63,053 nt of DNA, taken from contig OZ361259.1 in assembly GCA_977018835.1 (NCBI GenBank), positions 4,526,001 through 4,589,053 of the forward strand. The letters are read 5' to 3'. Position 1 is the first letter of the stretch, and every line of letters starts with the position of its first letter. This DNA is from Minutocellus sp. GHC0000111 (Eukaryota). Position numbers and translations under genes: made by a program. The notes below the pieces were generated by a model. It saw only the letters and a program-made list of their open reading frames with translations. It ran no database searches and was not told the origin of the DNA. This document shows positions 48,101 to 58,314 of the stretch, piece after piece.

Positions 48101-49351
48101 GGAAAGTCGGGATCGGTACCACAGAGAATCGCAATGAAATGATTCTTAAAGGTTCGAATGGCTCGTTCGGCCGCATTTCGGCGGTGGGAGTGCGTTGGGG
48201 TCAATTGAAAATCTACATCCTTTTCTTCCATGAACTCCTTCAGCTCTCGACTCACTTCATTATCCAATCGTTGCAATTTTGGGCGAAATCCTCGCTTGGA
48301 GAGGTATTCGAAAATAGTTTGGTACGCTCAGCGCATTTCCGTTCCCGATCGGCTTTTCATTGGTTCGGCCAAGATGCTGTTGGAGTCATAGTCATAGACG
48401 ACCATTATGTACTGGTGGCCAGAAATAGACGATACCAAGAAACGGCTGATCTGAGAAGATCTGGCCCGTTATGTCATGACAATCAGCAAAGACATAGTTG
48501 GTGCGCTGTTGGTGTTGTGCCGGGTGGAGATCCTGCTCGGTTTCGTCCACCCCAGGGAGAGATTTTGGCGTAGCCATCGACCGTTTGGGCTTGGTCGACC
48601 TGATGTTCTTGCGCTGCTGGTCTAAGTGACCTTTAATCATCGGTGTCGACTGTGGCATGTGCTTACGTACAAGCTTTGATGTGAGGCCTGGCCAAGATCT
48701 ATAAAATCCCGCATCGATTGCTTTGCACCAGGCAGATAGCTGAGGATTGCCAGCGCACCAATGTAAAAAGGCTACACGTTCCGGAACCGTCTCCTGGGCA
48801 ATTGCGGCGTTGGCAGCATGTTGGATGACGTTGGGGCCGGGGAGCGGCGACATGGTGGGCGAGCAATTAAGATCTACCATCCACAATTTCGTTGAGGGGT
48901 CTCGTTTACCTTGCAAAATGACGGTATTGTCCTTGGCGATGACTACCGAATCCTTATCGAAAGTGGCAATGCATCCATCGTCACACAGCTGCCCAATCGA
49001 TAGGAGCGATGATGCCATGTTATTGAAAACATAGGCCTTGCTAGCCAATGGGGAAACCCCAGGGAGGCGAAGCGTGGCCTCGTGGGTGTTCGTCATTGTG
49101 CTATTATCCGGAAGGGTGACGCTGATAGGAATTGCTGTCTGTTGGACGTTGAAAATAGGGCCATCGTACGATAGGTGTTGGGGCTTCTGGACAAAATGTC
49201 CCGTCGTTCCAGTATCTGCTGCGAGGACGATTGGCTCTTGAGTTGGAGGTTTGCTTTTTGACGTAAGAAAAGCTAACGAAAGCGGGGAGGAGGTGGATTC
49301 AGATGCACTGTCCTCTATTTTATGCTGATTAACATCCACCGTCCCTCCCGC
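45180..49351 (-). pseudogene. pol (protease, GAG-pre-integrase, integrase, Tudor-like, RT, RNase H), disrupted
   Basis: AADTGTTGHF; WPGLT; RLDNE..HRRNAAERAIRTFKNHF; GGMHGLPQAG; TIDDFG; HSDASCL; SSAAEAELG; DYFTKHH. Several frameshifts and a stop. Confidence 0.9.
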
Positions 49352-50632
49352 TCAGTTACGACGCGAGCTACCACCGCAAGGATTGTGCTTGGTGGCATTG
49401 TCAACGTGGTTGGGCCCTTTGCAAGTGCATTCAAAGCTGGGGTGGTTGGACGAATAGCCGCACGTGTGGCAACAATGGCCTCTGGGGAGGATCGACTGCA
49501 GTTCCCGCTTCTCCTGGCGGTTGAGGTTAGGACCTTGGCCTGGGAAGTGGCCGGCGCCGTTCTGCTGGCCACCGCCGCGGCAGCCTCCACTGCCACCAGC
49601 ATGGTTGCGTCCCTCACGCAGAACGCGGTTCTCGGCCTTGAGTGAAGCTATTTCTTGGCGAAGTTTGGCAATGGTGTCATCCTTCTCGTTGCTCTTTTTG
49701 GCGAGGTTCGCCATCATGGCTTGGTTGGTCTTGAGGGCTTCGGTGGTGTCAGCCAAAAGGAGATCGGCTCGAGAAAGAAATGGATCGTCCGAGGCCGATG
49801 AGGCCAAATTCGCGCCATGATGTCCTGCCGCTTCGGTGGTGGTGTTGGCCATCTTCTTATCATGCCAATCGCGGAAGTCCGACTGCATGTTGGCCCACGT
49901 GCGTTCGGCCTCCGGTCTGTCGTCCCAGTCCTCGCATGCCTTCTTTGCCAATGAGAACCTGCGCACGGAGCGGCAGAACTTGGAGACCTTTTGCTTGTTG
50001 GTGAAGGGTTCGCCGGCCGTTTCAAACGCCTTGAAGACTTTGTTGAACATGGCGATGTGGGTGTCGATGGGTCCCCCGTCGTGCTGCTTCTCGAGCTGCT
50101 TCTCTAATTCCTCCTTCTGAGTCTCGTTGAATTTCAAGTAGCGATCGGCAACGCTGTCGATGATTTGGCGGATGGTGACTGGCTGGAAACCGAGCATGTC
50201 ATCTTCGAGATGATTGATGTAGACGGCGTCGATCGAGTCGAGGAGGAGATTCTTGAGCGCCGTGTTGACTTGCTCGTACAAGTTGCAGTGGCCCTTTTCG
50301 ATGCAATGTCCCCGGATTGCACGATCGCGTTGGTCTAGATTGGCCACGGCGGGAATGGTGGGGCTGGGGCCAGGATTTGCCGGAGGCACATGTGGTCGGC
50401 CGTTACTTTTGGTGGTGTGTTCGGCATCGCTGACGACGAGGCCCAAATGGCCGAGGTTGTGGTCATTGCACCCTGCTGGAACGCTGGCCGCCGCTTGTTG
50501 AAGTTCCTTGAGCGCTTTGGCAACACGCTCGCGTTGGGGAGGTTGTCCTGGGTCATTCATGCGTGTGATTAACTTGGTGGGGAGAATCGGCGCTGCGCCG
50601 AGAGGTTGGCAAAAAACTGCGTCGGGATCCAT
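49352..50632 (-). CDS. Retrotransposon gag
   Basis: GHLGLVV, RTWANMQSDF and zinc knuckle CHTCGYSSNHPSFEC; ends in a TGA that is in frame with pol. Confidence 0.85.
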   Translation of the reverse strand: MDPDAVFCQPLGAAPILPTKLITRMNDPGQPPQRERVAKALKELQQAAASVPAGCNDHNLGHLGLVVSDAEHTTKSNGRPHVPPANPGPSPTIPAVANLDQRDRAIRGHCIEKGHCNLYEQVNTALKNLLLDSIDAVYINHLEDDMLGFQPVTIRQIIDSVADRYLKFNETQKEELEKQLEKQHDGGPIDTHIAMFNKVFKAFETAGEPFTNKQKVSKFCRSVRRFSLAKKACEDWDDRPEAERTWANMQSDFRDWHDKKMANTTTEAAGHHGANLASSASDDPFLSRADLLLADTTEALKTNQAMMANLAKKSNEKDDTIAKLRQEIASLKAENRVLREGRNHAGGSGGCRGGGQQNGAGHFPGQGPNLNRQEKRELQSILPRGHCCHTCGYSSNHPSFECTCKGPNHVDNATKHNPCGGSSRRN

Positions 50633-50924
50633 GCTGGTGTTTCAGTCAGAGCGAAGACACGCAGCACGGCGGCGTTGCTGCGAGACGTGTGATCGACAGA
50701 AGGTTCGATCCAGAGAAGTGTGATCGATTGGATGGGTCGATCTGGTCAGGACTTTCGGAAAAGGGATTGGATCGTCGTTCCAATGTTGTCGAAAGAAACG
50801 GTCGTTTTGGCCGATTGAAGATGTGTCGGTTTTTCTTGCGTGACGAGTGAGAACCCAAGACAAACCGGTGAGGTGCGAACCGAAATGGGGCGAGCACGGG
50901 TGGAAAAGATGTATCACGTAGGTC

Positions 50925-51112
50925 TGCTAAAAGGTCCTAAAGCTAAGCTAGATAGATATAGCTAGTAGAGGACCTACGTAGATGAAAAATGGGCCATCGG
51001 AGATGTCGTTGGCCCATGGATCAACGGTCAGGAGAGGGCACTGAGTCAGTGGTCTGATCACCGTACGTACCGTACGTACGTATACGTACGTACGTATCCC
51101 ACGGTATCAACA
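50925..51112 (-). repeat. 5' LTR (188 bp)
   Basis: Begins TGTTGAT and ends CA on the minus strand; contains (TACG)n and TAGC-rich tracts. Confidence 0.9.
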
Positions 51113-51522
51113 CTACTGTACCAGTACATGTAGCTTGCAAATTCAAGATATGATGCACAGTGCAACTTGTATTGTAGATAGATCTACCAGTACATAATCA
51201 TTGTGCATGAGCCAACACCGGCAGTTACCATTCTGACACTTGCCGAGAATGCCAGTTTCCAAACTGGTATTCATTTTTGTTCCAGTTCGCGAACTCGTCT
51301 GGTTCCCAAATTCGGATTGGCGTGTTCATCTCAGTTTCCATTCTGGTAGTATCAGTGCGCAAACTGAGATCCTAGTTTGGGAACTGGGGCCCAGTGCGCA
51401 AACTGGGATAAATGAATCTCAGTTCGCAAACTGGGATCCCAGTTCGCGAACTGGGACAGTGCGCATTTTGGGACTAACATATATTTATTTTTACAGGCTC
51501 TTGAGTTTGTCGAATATCCTGA

Positions 51523-52200
51523 TCAACGAACATACGGATTGTACTTCTTTTCATCGCCGATTGAAGTATGCTCACCATGGCCAGATACAACCACAGTCTC
51601 ATCTGGAAGATCAAACAATTTATATTTGATAGATCCGAGCAATTCCTGAGCATCGCTTGTTCCTTGCAACGAAGGTATGCCTGCCCAACTCGTTCGGCCG
51701 ACGGATCCACAGAAGAGAGTGTCTCCAGGGCAGACGAGTTTTGCTTCAGGAAAGTAGTAGCTCGTACTGCCAGGAGTGTGGCCTGGGCAGTGAATACATT
51801 TCAAAGAAAAGCTTGGCGCCCATTGCACCACATCGCCATGAACGCATCGGGCTTCGGAAGGGATTCGCCCTGCTTGACCAAACTCGCCACACCAAAATCT
51901 CGACACTGGGCGTCCACCTTTTCGTAGAGACCGAGGTCATGCTGATTCATGATGATTTCGCAGTTGGTCTTCTCCTTCAACTCCTTTCCGCCCATGATAT
52001 GATCGAGGTGACCATGCGTGATGAGCACTCGTTTGAGAGTTAGGCCATGCGATTCGATCTTGGCTAGAAGCTTGGAAACATCTCCACCAGGGTCAACGAT
52101 GCATGCTTCCTTCGAATCCGGATCCCCTATAATCGTGCAATTACAACCGAGGGGCGGCACAGCGAAGGACTCAACAATTGCAACAACATTTGGTGGTTCT
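51523..52200 (-). pseudogene. Metallo-beta-lactamase-fold hydrolase (glyoxalase II/YcbL-like), frameshifted; 5' end uncertain
   Basis: CIVDPGG and THGHLDH in one frame; CPGHTPG, GDTLF, GSVGRT, GHG..T and EKKYNPY in another; break at ~51838. Confidence 0.75.
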
Positions 52201-52399
52201 TTGATCTTTGATTATACAATGATCAGCATAGGAGGGTATTGCAGAGGCCGGGCAAAACAGTGTCAAGGGGCTGTAAGATCTCTTTGCGCGGCCTTGACGG
52301 CCAGACGATTAGCCCCCGTATTCTGGTTTATGGTCCACACCCCGAAATTTGACGACCGCTCATAATTTATTTGCTACGAAGCCATTTCCATCCACCAAC

Positions 52400-53956
52400 A
52401 TGCTGTCTGCCACCAACGCACCCCGCTCCACCGTGGCTGGAAGATGCATAGCTACCCTATTTCGACATTCTTGCGTATATAGCAGTGCATCCGAAGCAGC
52501 GCCATTGATCTACCATCGCCTCTTCACATCATCAGCACCTACCAATAGCAGCGCTGCAGCATCAAAATTCAAACAGGCGGCACATCCGAAACAACAAGCC
52601 CAACAAAACGAGTTCGTGCCATCCCAGCGAAGCAAGAGAGGGCGTCGTCAACAGGATAAGAAACTGGGTGCAAATGATAGGAGAAAATCTCGCCGTCGTG
52701 GTAATGCAGGGAAAAGGAAGAAACGCTACTCGGAGGAAACTGCGGCATTTGCCCAAAAGCTGAACCAGGTTGCTCGGGGCAATTCCAAGAATGCCCCCCA
52801 ACAAGCACAGGACATGCTCAACGACCTCATCCGAAGCATTGATAATGGAAAGGATGCGAGAGGCGTATCCCTCAACGCGGTTCTGTACACCACGGTGATT
52901 AATGCGTGGGCCCGCAAGGGCAAGGGCGAGGAGGCCGAGGCTCTGCTCAATGCACTGGACGAACGGTATGCCCAGACGCGCGATGGCAGTATCCGACCCG
53001 ACACCTACCTTATCAATTGCTGCATCACTGCCTGGTCGCGGTGCAAGCGTCGAGGAAGTGCCGAGCGTGCCGAGCTATTGCTGGAGCGGCTCATCAATGA
53101 TCAGCAGCTGGTACCAGATGTCTTCAGTTTTGCCAGTGCCATTACCGCCTGGAGTAGGTCCAAGGAGAGAGGAAGTGCCTCCCGAGCATTGCGGTTGTTG
53201 GATCAAATGGAAGATCAAGACTTGGAACCCAACAACATTGTGCTCAGTTCAGTCATTCACGCACTGACCAGCAGTAGGGAGGAAGGGAACGCCGAGCAGG
53301 CCATCCGTTTACTGGATCGCATGGACGATCCAGATTCGGTCGCATTTAATAGTGTCCTCCATTGTCTAGCAAATTGTGGAGAGGAAGGATCTGCTGAGGG
53401 TGCAGAAGCCCTACTGGAACGGATGGAAAGATTGTGCCGACGGGGCAAGGAACGGGTTTGTCCAACAGTACAAAGCTACACATCTGTCATTGTGGCTTGG
53501 TCAAGGGCGAAAGAGCCGGAGATGGCAGAAAGAGTTCTGCAGAGGTTGGAACGGTCAGATACAGGGATCAAACCAGACACGGCGGTCTACACGAGTGTCA
53601 TTGACGCTTACATTAAGAGTGAGAAAGAAGGCAGCCTAGAAAGAGCAAGTGAATTGCTGAGCAAGATGGAAGACCTACGTCTAAGTGGAGATGGCGAAGT
53701 TGAGCTTGCTCCTCCCATCTATCACGCACTCATGACAGCATATGCTCGCAATCAGAAAAGGGAGGGAGCCGAAAAGGCCCAGGTACTACTGAAGCGAATG
53801 GAAGAGCTCCGCGACATGGGGTATATTGAGTGTGCACCCACGCCTGTTAGTTATCGAATTGTCATGCGGGCTTGGAATGAGAATCGTCATGAAGGATACG
53901 GTGACAAGGTAAAGGCATTGCATGAACGGATGATCGAGGCACTTGCACGAAACTGA
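52400..53956 (+). CDS. Pentatricopeptide-repeat protein, probably mitochondrial
   Basis: ~35-aa repeats YTTVINAWAR..AEALL, PDVFSFASAITAW, PTVQSYTSVIVAW; Arg/Ser-rich presequence. Confidence 0.9.
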   Translation: MLSATNAPRSTVAGRCIATLFRHSCVYSSASEAAPLIYHRLFTSSAPTNSSAAASKFKQAAHPKQQAQQNEFVPSQRSKRGRRQQDKKLGANDRRKSRRRGNAGKRKKRYSEETAAFAQKLNQVARGNSKNAPQQAQDMLNDLIRSIDNGKDARGVSLNAVLYTTVINAWARKGKGEEAEALLNALDERYAQTRDGSIRPDTYLINCCITAWSRCKRRGSAERAELLLERLINDQQLVPDVFSFASAITAWSRSKERGSASRALRLLDQMEDQDLEPNNIVLSSVIHALTSSREEGNAEQAIRLLDRMDDPDSVAFNSVLHCLANCGEEGSAEGAEALLERMERLCRRGKERVCPTVQSYTSVIVAWSRAKEPEMAERVLQRLERSDTGIKPDTAVYTSVIDAYIKSEKEGSLERASELLSKMEDLRLSGDGEVELAPPIYHALMTAYARNQKREGAEKAQVLLKRMEELRDMGYIECAPTPVSYRIVMRAWNENRHEGYGDKVKALHERMIEALARN

Positions 53957-54118
53957 GTGGCCATGGACGTAATTCCTCCACGCAGATTGTTGAAAATTTT
54001 CCTAGAGCAAGTTTTCTACTGTTTCTTCTATTGATTCTATACAGGTGTTATTAGTATACTAGCGTAATAGATCGCTGATGATCCCAACGAAAGTTCTTAA
54101 TCAGATGAGACAAATAAT

Positions 54119-55265
54119 TTATATTGCCTCAAGCTCAGGAAGGCCCTGGAACGGAAGCTCCTCGCGCTGCTTGTCCTCGCCAATAATCTTGAACTCAGCG
54201 GTCTTGGAACCGAATTCAACAATCATCATCTGGAATTCCTCGGCTGATACAACCTCCTGGTCAACAAGGGTCTTGGCCAGATGGTCGAGGAGGTTTCGGT
54301 TCTCTTCAATGATCTGCTTGGCCTTGAGGTATGAGTTGTTCACAAGACGCTCGACCTCCATGTCGACGGTGCCCATAATCTTGCTTCCCCACCTGGTCTG
54401 CTGCTGGCCCATGGATCGGCCCATGAAGGGTCCCCCGGACTGAGGAGTCTCAAGAGCTATGAGACCGACCTCAGGGCTCATGCCCCACTCCTTGACCATG
54501 CGCTTGGCGATGTTGGCAACCTGCTGAAAATCGTTGGAGGCACCGGTGGTGACTCCGTCCTCGCCGTAGATGATCTCCTCGGCGAGACGTCCGCCGAGGG
54601 CGACGGCAAGCTGAGACTCGAGGTACTGACGGCTGTACATGCCAGACTCGAGACGGGCCTCCTGGGGGGCGAAGAAGGTAAGTCCACCGGCACCGTTGGA
54701 GCGGGGGATGATGGAAATCTTCTGGACCTGGTCGTAGTCGGGGATGAGAGCACCGACGACGGCGTGGCCGGCCTCGTGGTAGGCAACGAGCTCGTTCTGA
54801 CGGGCGGCGAGGGTGGCGGTACCGCCCTTCTTCTCCAGGCCGACCATGATGCGGTCGACGGCGCCGTCGATCTGCTCCCAGCCGATGGTGGACTTGCCGT
54901 TGCGGGCGGCAGAGATGGCGGCCTCGTTCATGAGGTTCTCGAGCTGTGCGCCGGAAAAGCCGGGAGTACGGCGGGCGATGGCCTCAAGGTCGACATCGGG
55001 CTCGAGGGGCTTGCCACGGGCGTGGACGCCAAGGATGCGCTCACGGCCCTTGAAGTCGGGAAGGTCGACGGTGATCTTGCGATCGAAACGGCCGGGACGA
55101 AGGAGGGCCTGATCAAGGACATCGACACGGTTGGTGGCGGCAATGGTAATGATGCCGGGGTTTCCATCGAAACCGTCCATCTCAACAAGGATCTGGTTGA
55201 TGGTCTGCTCACGCTCGTCGTTGCCACCGGCGAAACCGGCACCACGCTGACGACCGACGGCGTCG

Positions 55266-55299
<34 letters not shown>

Positions 55300-56370
55300 T
55301 CTTGGCCTGGCCGAAGATGTCACGGACACGGGAGGCACCGACACCAACGAACATCTCGACGAACTCGGAACCCGAGATGAAGATGAAGGGAACGCCGGCC
55401 TCACCAGCGACGGCCTTGGCCAGGAGGGTCTTACCGGTACCGGGAGGTCCGTCCAGGATGACACCGCGGGGGATGCGGCATCCGTTGGCACTGTAAACCT
55501 CGGGCTGCTTGAGGAAATCGACAACCTCGGCAAGCTCGAGCTTGGCACCGTCGCAACCGGCGACTTCCTCGAAGGTGACGCCGGTGTCGGGGATCATCTG
55601 GATCTGGGCCTTGGACTTGCCAAATCCCATGGGGTTGCCGGGTCCACCGCCGGGCATGCCGGTGTTGCCGCCGCCGGAGTTGCGCGAGAGGAAGAAGAGG
55701 CCGGCGAAGAGGGCGGCGGGAAGGATGAGGGACTGGGCCAGCTCGCCGAGTCCTCCGGCGTTCTCGGTGGAGGGGAGGACGGTGACGTCAACCTGTTGTA
55801 TTGTTATTTATTGAAGGCAAATGCATAGATGAGATTTGAGTGAGTCAGAGCATCAGATAATTGCGCGGAATGCAAAGGAAGAAGACATGATGTCTGCACC
55901 AAAGCATACGATAAGATAATGCATTCCAAAATGCGAAAAAGGAACACAACAAAGGCACCCACCTTGTGGCTGGTAAGCTCGGTGAGGAGATCGGGATCGT
56001 TGGGGAGGGCCTCAATCTTGAGCCGAGTGCCGTCGGTATCGACGCCAAGGAGCTGGGTACCATCCGCCGAGAAGGTGACCTTCTCGATGCGGTCGGCCTT
56101 GACGAGGCGGAGGAAATCCGAATACCGGACGGCACCGGGAGCACCGCCGCGGCTCTGGATGACGGGGAGGTTGTCAGCAGAGTTGGAGACGACGGTGGTC
56201 TCGAGGGTGGCGGCGGGGGGCATGTCCATGTCCATGGCCATGAAGCGACCGCTGCCGCGCGCGCGGCTATTGGCACCGGCGTTCAGACGGGCGGCGGGCT
56301 GGAAGGCGACGGCATCGCCGAAGAGGTGGGTGGCGGCCAGAACGAGGACGGTGGAGGTGGAGAACTTCAT
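54119..56370 (-). CDS. ftsH: Nuclear-encoded plastid FtsH metalloprotease
   Basis: Signal + AVAFQP presequence; [30 protein letters not shown]; intron 55793-55962; strong C-ending codon bias. Confidence 0.95.
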
Positions 56371-56976
56371 TGTGTTATTATTGGTATGTTGTGATGGAAT
56401 TGGAATTATGCAACTTTGGTGTGTTCGATCGACTGACGATTGTAGCGATGCGATGTGGTTTGGTTTGTGGAAATTGAGACACGAGATGTGCTGGAATTGA
56501 ACGAATGAGTTGGGCTGGTATGTGCAGATTATGCAGTGATACGTGCAGTAAAGTTATGGTGATGTGATGGTCTTCGAGCTGAGTCGATCGATCACAGTCA
56601 GCAGAATGTTCTCGAACCAGTCAGGTCCAGGCGATGATGTGTCGGGCACTTCGCTTCGATGGCGCAAAACGTTGACGCAGACGGCGGAAAATCGGGGCGA
56701 TGACTCAGCGTTTTGAGGGGAAACTGACTTATATTTTTGGGAAACAACTAAAATATTTTTCATCAGGAAAACCTCGCCGATAAGTAACTGGCATTATCAA
56801 AAGAGGACGTGATAAATAATACTACTTGGTGTGCTAGAAAAGGGGGTAGAGGTGTATGGGGGCTGTTGCTTTTCTTCGTGCTTCTTCCCGCTTCTGCATC
56901 GTCATCTCGTTGCTGTACCAGCATTTGTTCGAGAGTAGCGGGTATTACTGCACATACTGCACATACCAAAGACAAC

Positions 56977-58314
56977 ATGTCAGGTAGTCAACACGCTGCC
57001 AAGAGGCCGCTGACTCGCACCGCCGCCGTGGTCGGGTCGCTTGTCGTCCTGGCCTCGACGACGGCTCGCTGCTCGGCATTCAACCCAACAACGAAGCAGT
57101 CGGCGAAGTTGCCGCCCATGGTTGGCACAAGCAGCGCCAGCGGTAGTAATGGAAGTAGCGGTAGCATAAGCCGAGCCCAGCTCTCTTCTCGCGCTATTGA
57201 GGTCGATATAGTCTCGTCCAATTTGGAGGCCGATGCGATATCCGATACAAAGCAGGAGGATCTCGATCTCATGCTCCAATACGGCAGCACATCAGATATC
57301 AACACGTCTGCCAACAGCGACGGCACCAATGCCGACACCGCCAATCCGTATCAAATGGCCGCCAGAGCAACGGTTGCTCTCACTGCCATTTCGTACGTCA
57401 TTGACCCAGAACCCCTAGATGGGCTCACTGCCTCGCTCTGGTCGGCCGTGTACAACTGGGGACCGGCCAATGCCCCCCTGTTCGAGGCCGAGGTGGCCTC
57501 CTTCGCCTTCTTCGCTTGGATCGCGGCATTCAGCGGGCTGCACCTGGTCCTCGGAAGGCAAAAGACGATGGAATCGCGATTCGACGGACAGATGCCCACC
57601 AAACCATTTGAGTGGGCCGTGCCCGAAAACTTTCATCTGTGGTTCAATCCCCTTGGAAGCTACCTGGGTTCCATCTGGATATATCACCAATTCCTTCACG
57701 AGAAGCCCCCCTTGCCCGAGCTGGCACCGACCTTTGGTGTGTTCGCCGTCGAACTGCTCTTTGGTGTTTTCCTCTATGATTTGTGCTTCTTTCCCATTCA
57801 CTGGCTGATGCACAAATCATCCTGGGGCCAAATGCGCAAGGTTCACGGGTACCATCATCGTTTGTCGTCTCATACTCTCAACAGTTTGGAGACCGTGCAG
57901 CATTCCTACATCGATGGATTCCTTCAGGTGTTCGTCAATATTCTGGTGCAGCAGATTACGCCTTTTGGTGTAATTGGCGAAAAGCATGTGATGAGCCGAT
58001 TGGCGCACAATGTTCTGGTGACATACCTGTTGAGCGAGGCGCACAGTGGATACGATCTGCCGTGGATGTCGCACTGGCTCTTTCCGGAGTTTTTGGGCGG
58101 TGCTCCGAGACATGAGAAGCATCACCACGATGGACGGGTGTACTATCAGCAGTACTTTAAGTATTTGGATGACTTCTTTGGCTTTACCGAGAAGAGTCTG
58201 CGCATTGGTGATTGGAGGAAGACCAATAATAATAACAATGTTGTCGTTGCTGATGCTGCAAATGGAGAGATGGTGATCAAGAAGGACGACGTTCAGGTTT
58301 CTCCGGTGCAATAA
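56977..58314 (+). CDS. Fatty-acid hydroxylase / sterol desaturase family protein, possibly plastid-targeted
   Basis: His boxes HWLMH, HGYHH, EAHSG and HEKHH; presequence CSAFNP. Confidence 0.8.
   Translation: MSGSQHAAKRPLTRTAAVVGSLVVLASTTARCSAFNPTTKQSAKLPPMVGTSSASGSNGSSGSISRAQLSSRAIEVDIVSSNLEADAISDTKQEDLDLMLQYGSTSDINTSANSDGTNADTANPYQMAARATVALTAISYVIDPEPLDGLTASLWSAVYNWGPANAPLFEAEVASFAFFAWIAAFSGLHLVLGRQKTMESRFDGQMPTKPFEWAVPENFHLWFNPLGSYLGSIWIYHQFLHEKPPLPELAPTFGVFAVELLFGVFLYDLCFFPIHWLMHKSSWGQMRKVHGYHHRLSSHTLNSLETVQHSYIDGFLQVFVNILVQQITPFGVIGEKHVMSRLAHNVLVTYLLSEAHSGYDLPWMSHWLFPEFLGGAPRHEKHHHDGRVYYQQYFKYLDDFFGFTEKSLRIGDWRKTNNNNNVVVADAANGEMVIKKDDVQVSPVQ

Larger units (their letters stand above)
44929..51112 (-). 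mobile_element. Full-length but inactivated Ty1/copia LTR retrotransposon (diatom CoDi-like)
   Basis: TG..CA LTRs at 50925-51112 and 44929-45124; TSD CTACT at 44924-44928 and 51113-51117; purine-rich GCGAGGGTG before the 3' LTR; gag-PR-IN-RT-RH order. Confidence 0.95.
44537..51483. mobile_element. Non-autonomous TIR DNA transposon (MITE, ~750 bp without the insert) interrupted by a copia element
   Basis: Perfect 63-bp inverted repeat 44537-44599 / 51421-51483 (TATATGTTAGTCCCAAAATGCGCACTGTCCCAGTTCGCGAACTGGG..), including the probable TA or TATA target duplication. Arrays of the palindrome CCCAGTTCGCGAACTGGG at both ends; no transposase. Confidence 0.85.

Noticed and set aside
45125..50632. 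ADAR RNA editing, CpG decay or classical RIP as the cause of the copia substitutions
   Set aside because: Changes occur as both A>G and T>C on one strand and run TA->TG/CA. That is the opposite direction to RIP and 5mC deamination, and it is not strand-specific as RNA editing would be.
44560..51460. CCCAGTT..AACTGGG repeats as a CRISPR array
   Set aside because: Spacers are 0-15 bp and irregular, there are no cas genes, the context is eukaryotic, and the repeats form the inverted ends of a MITE.
54764..56500. Plus-strand ORFs opposite ftsH
   Set aside because: A result of strong codon bias in a highly expressed gene.
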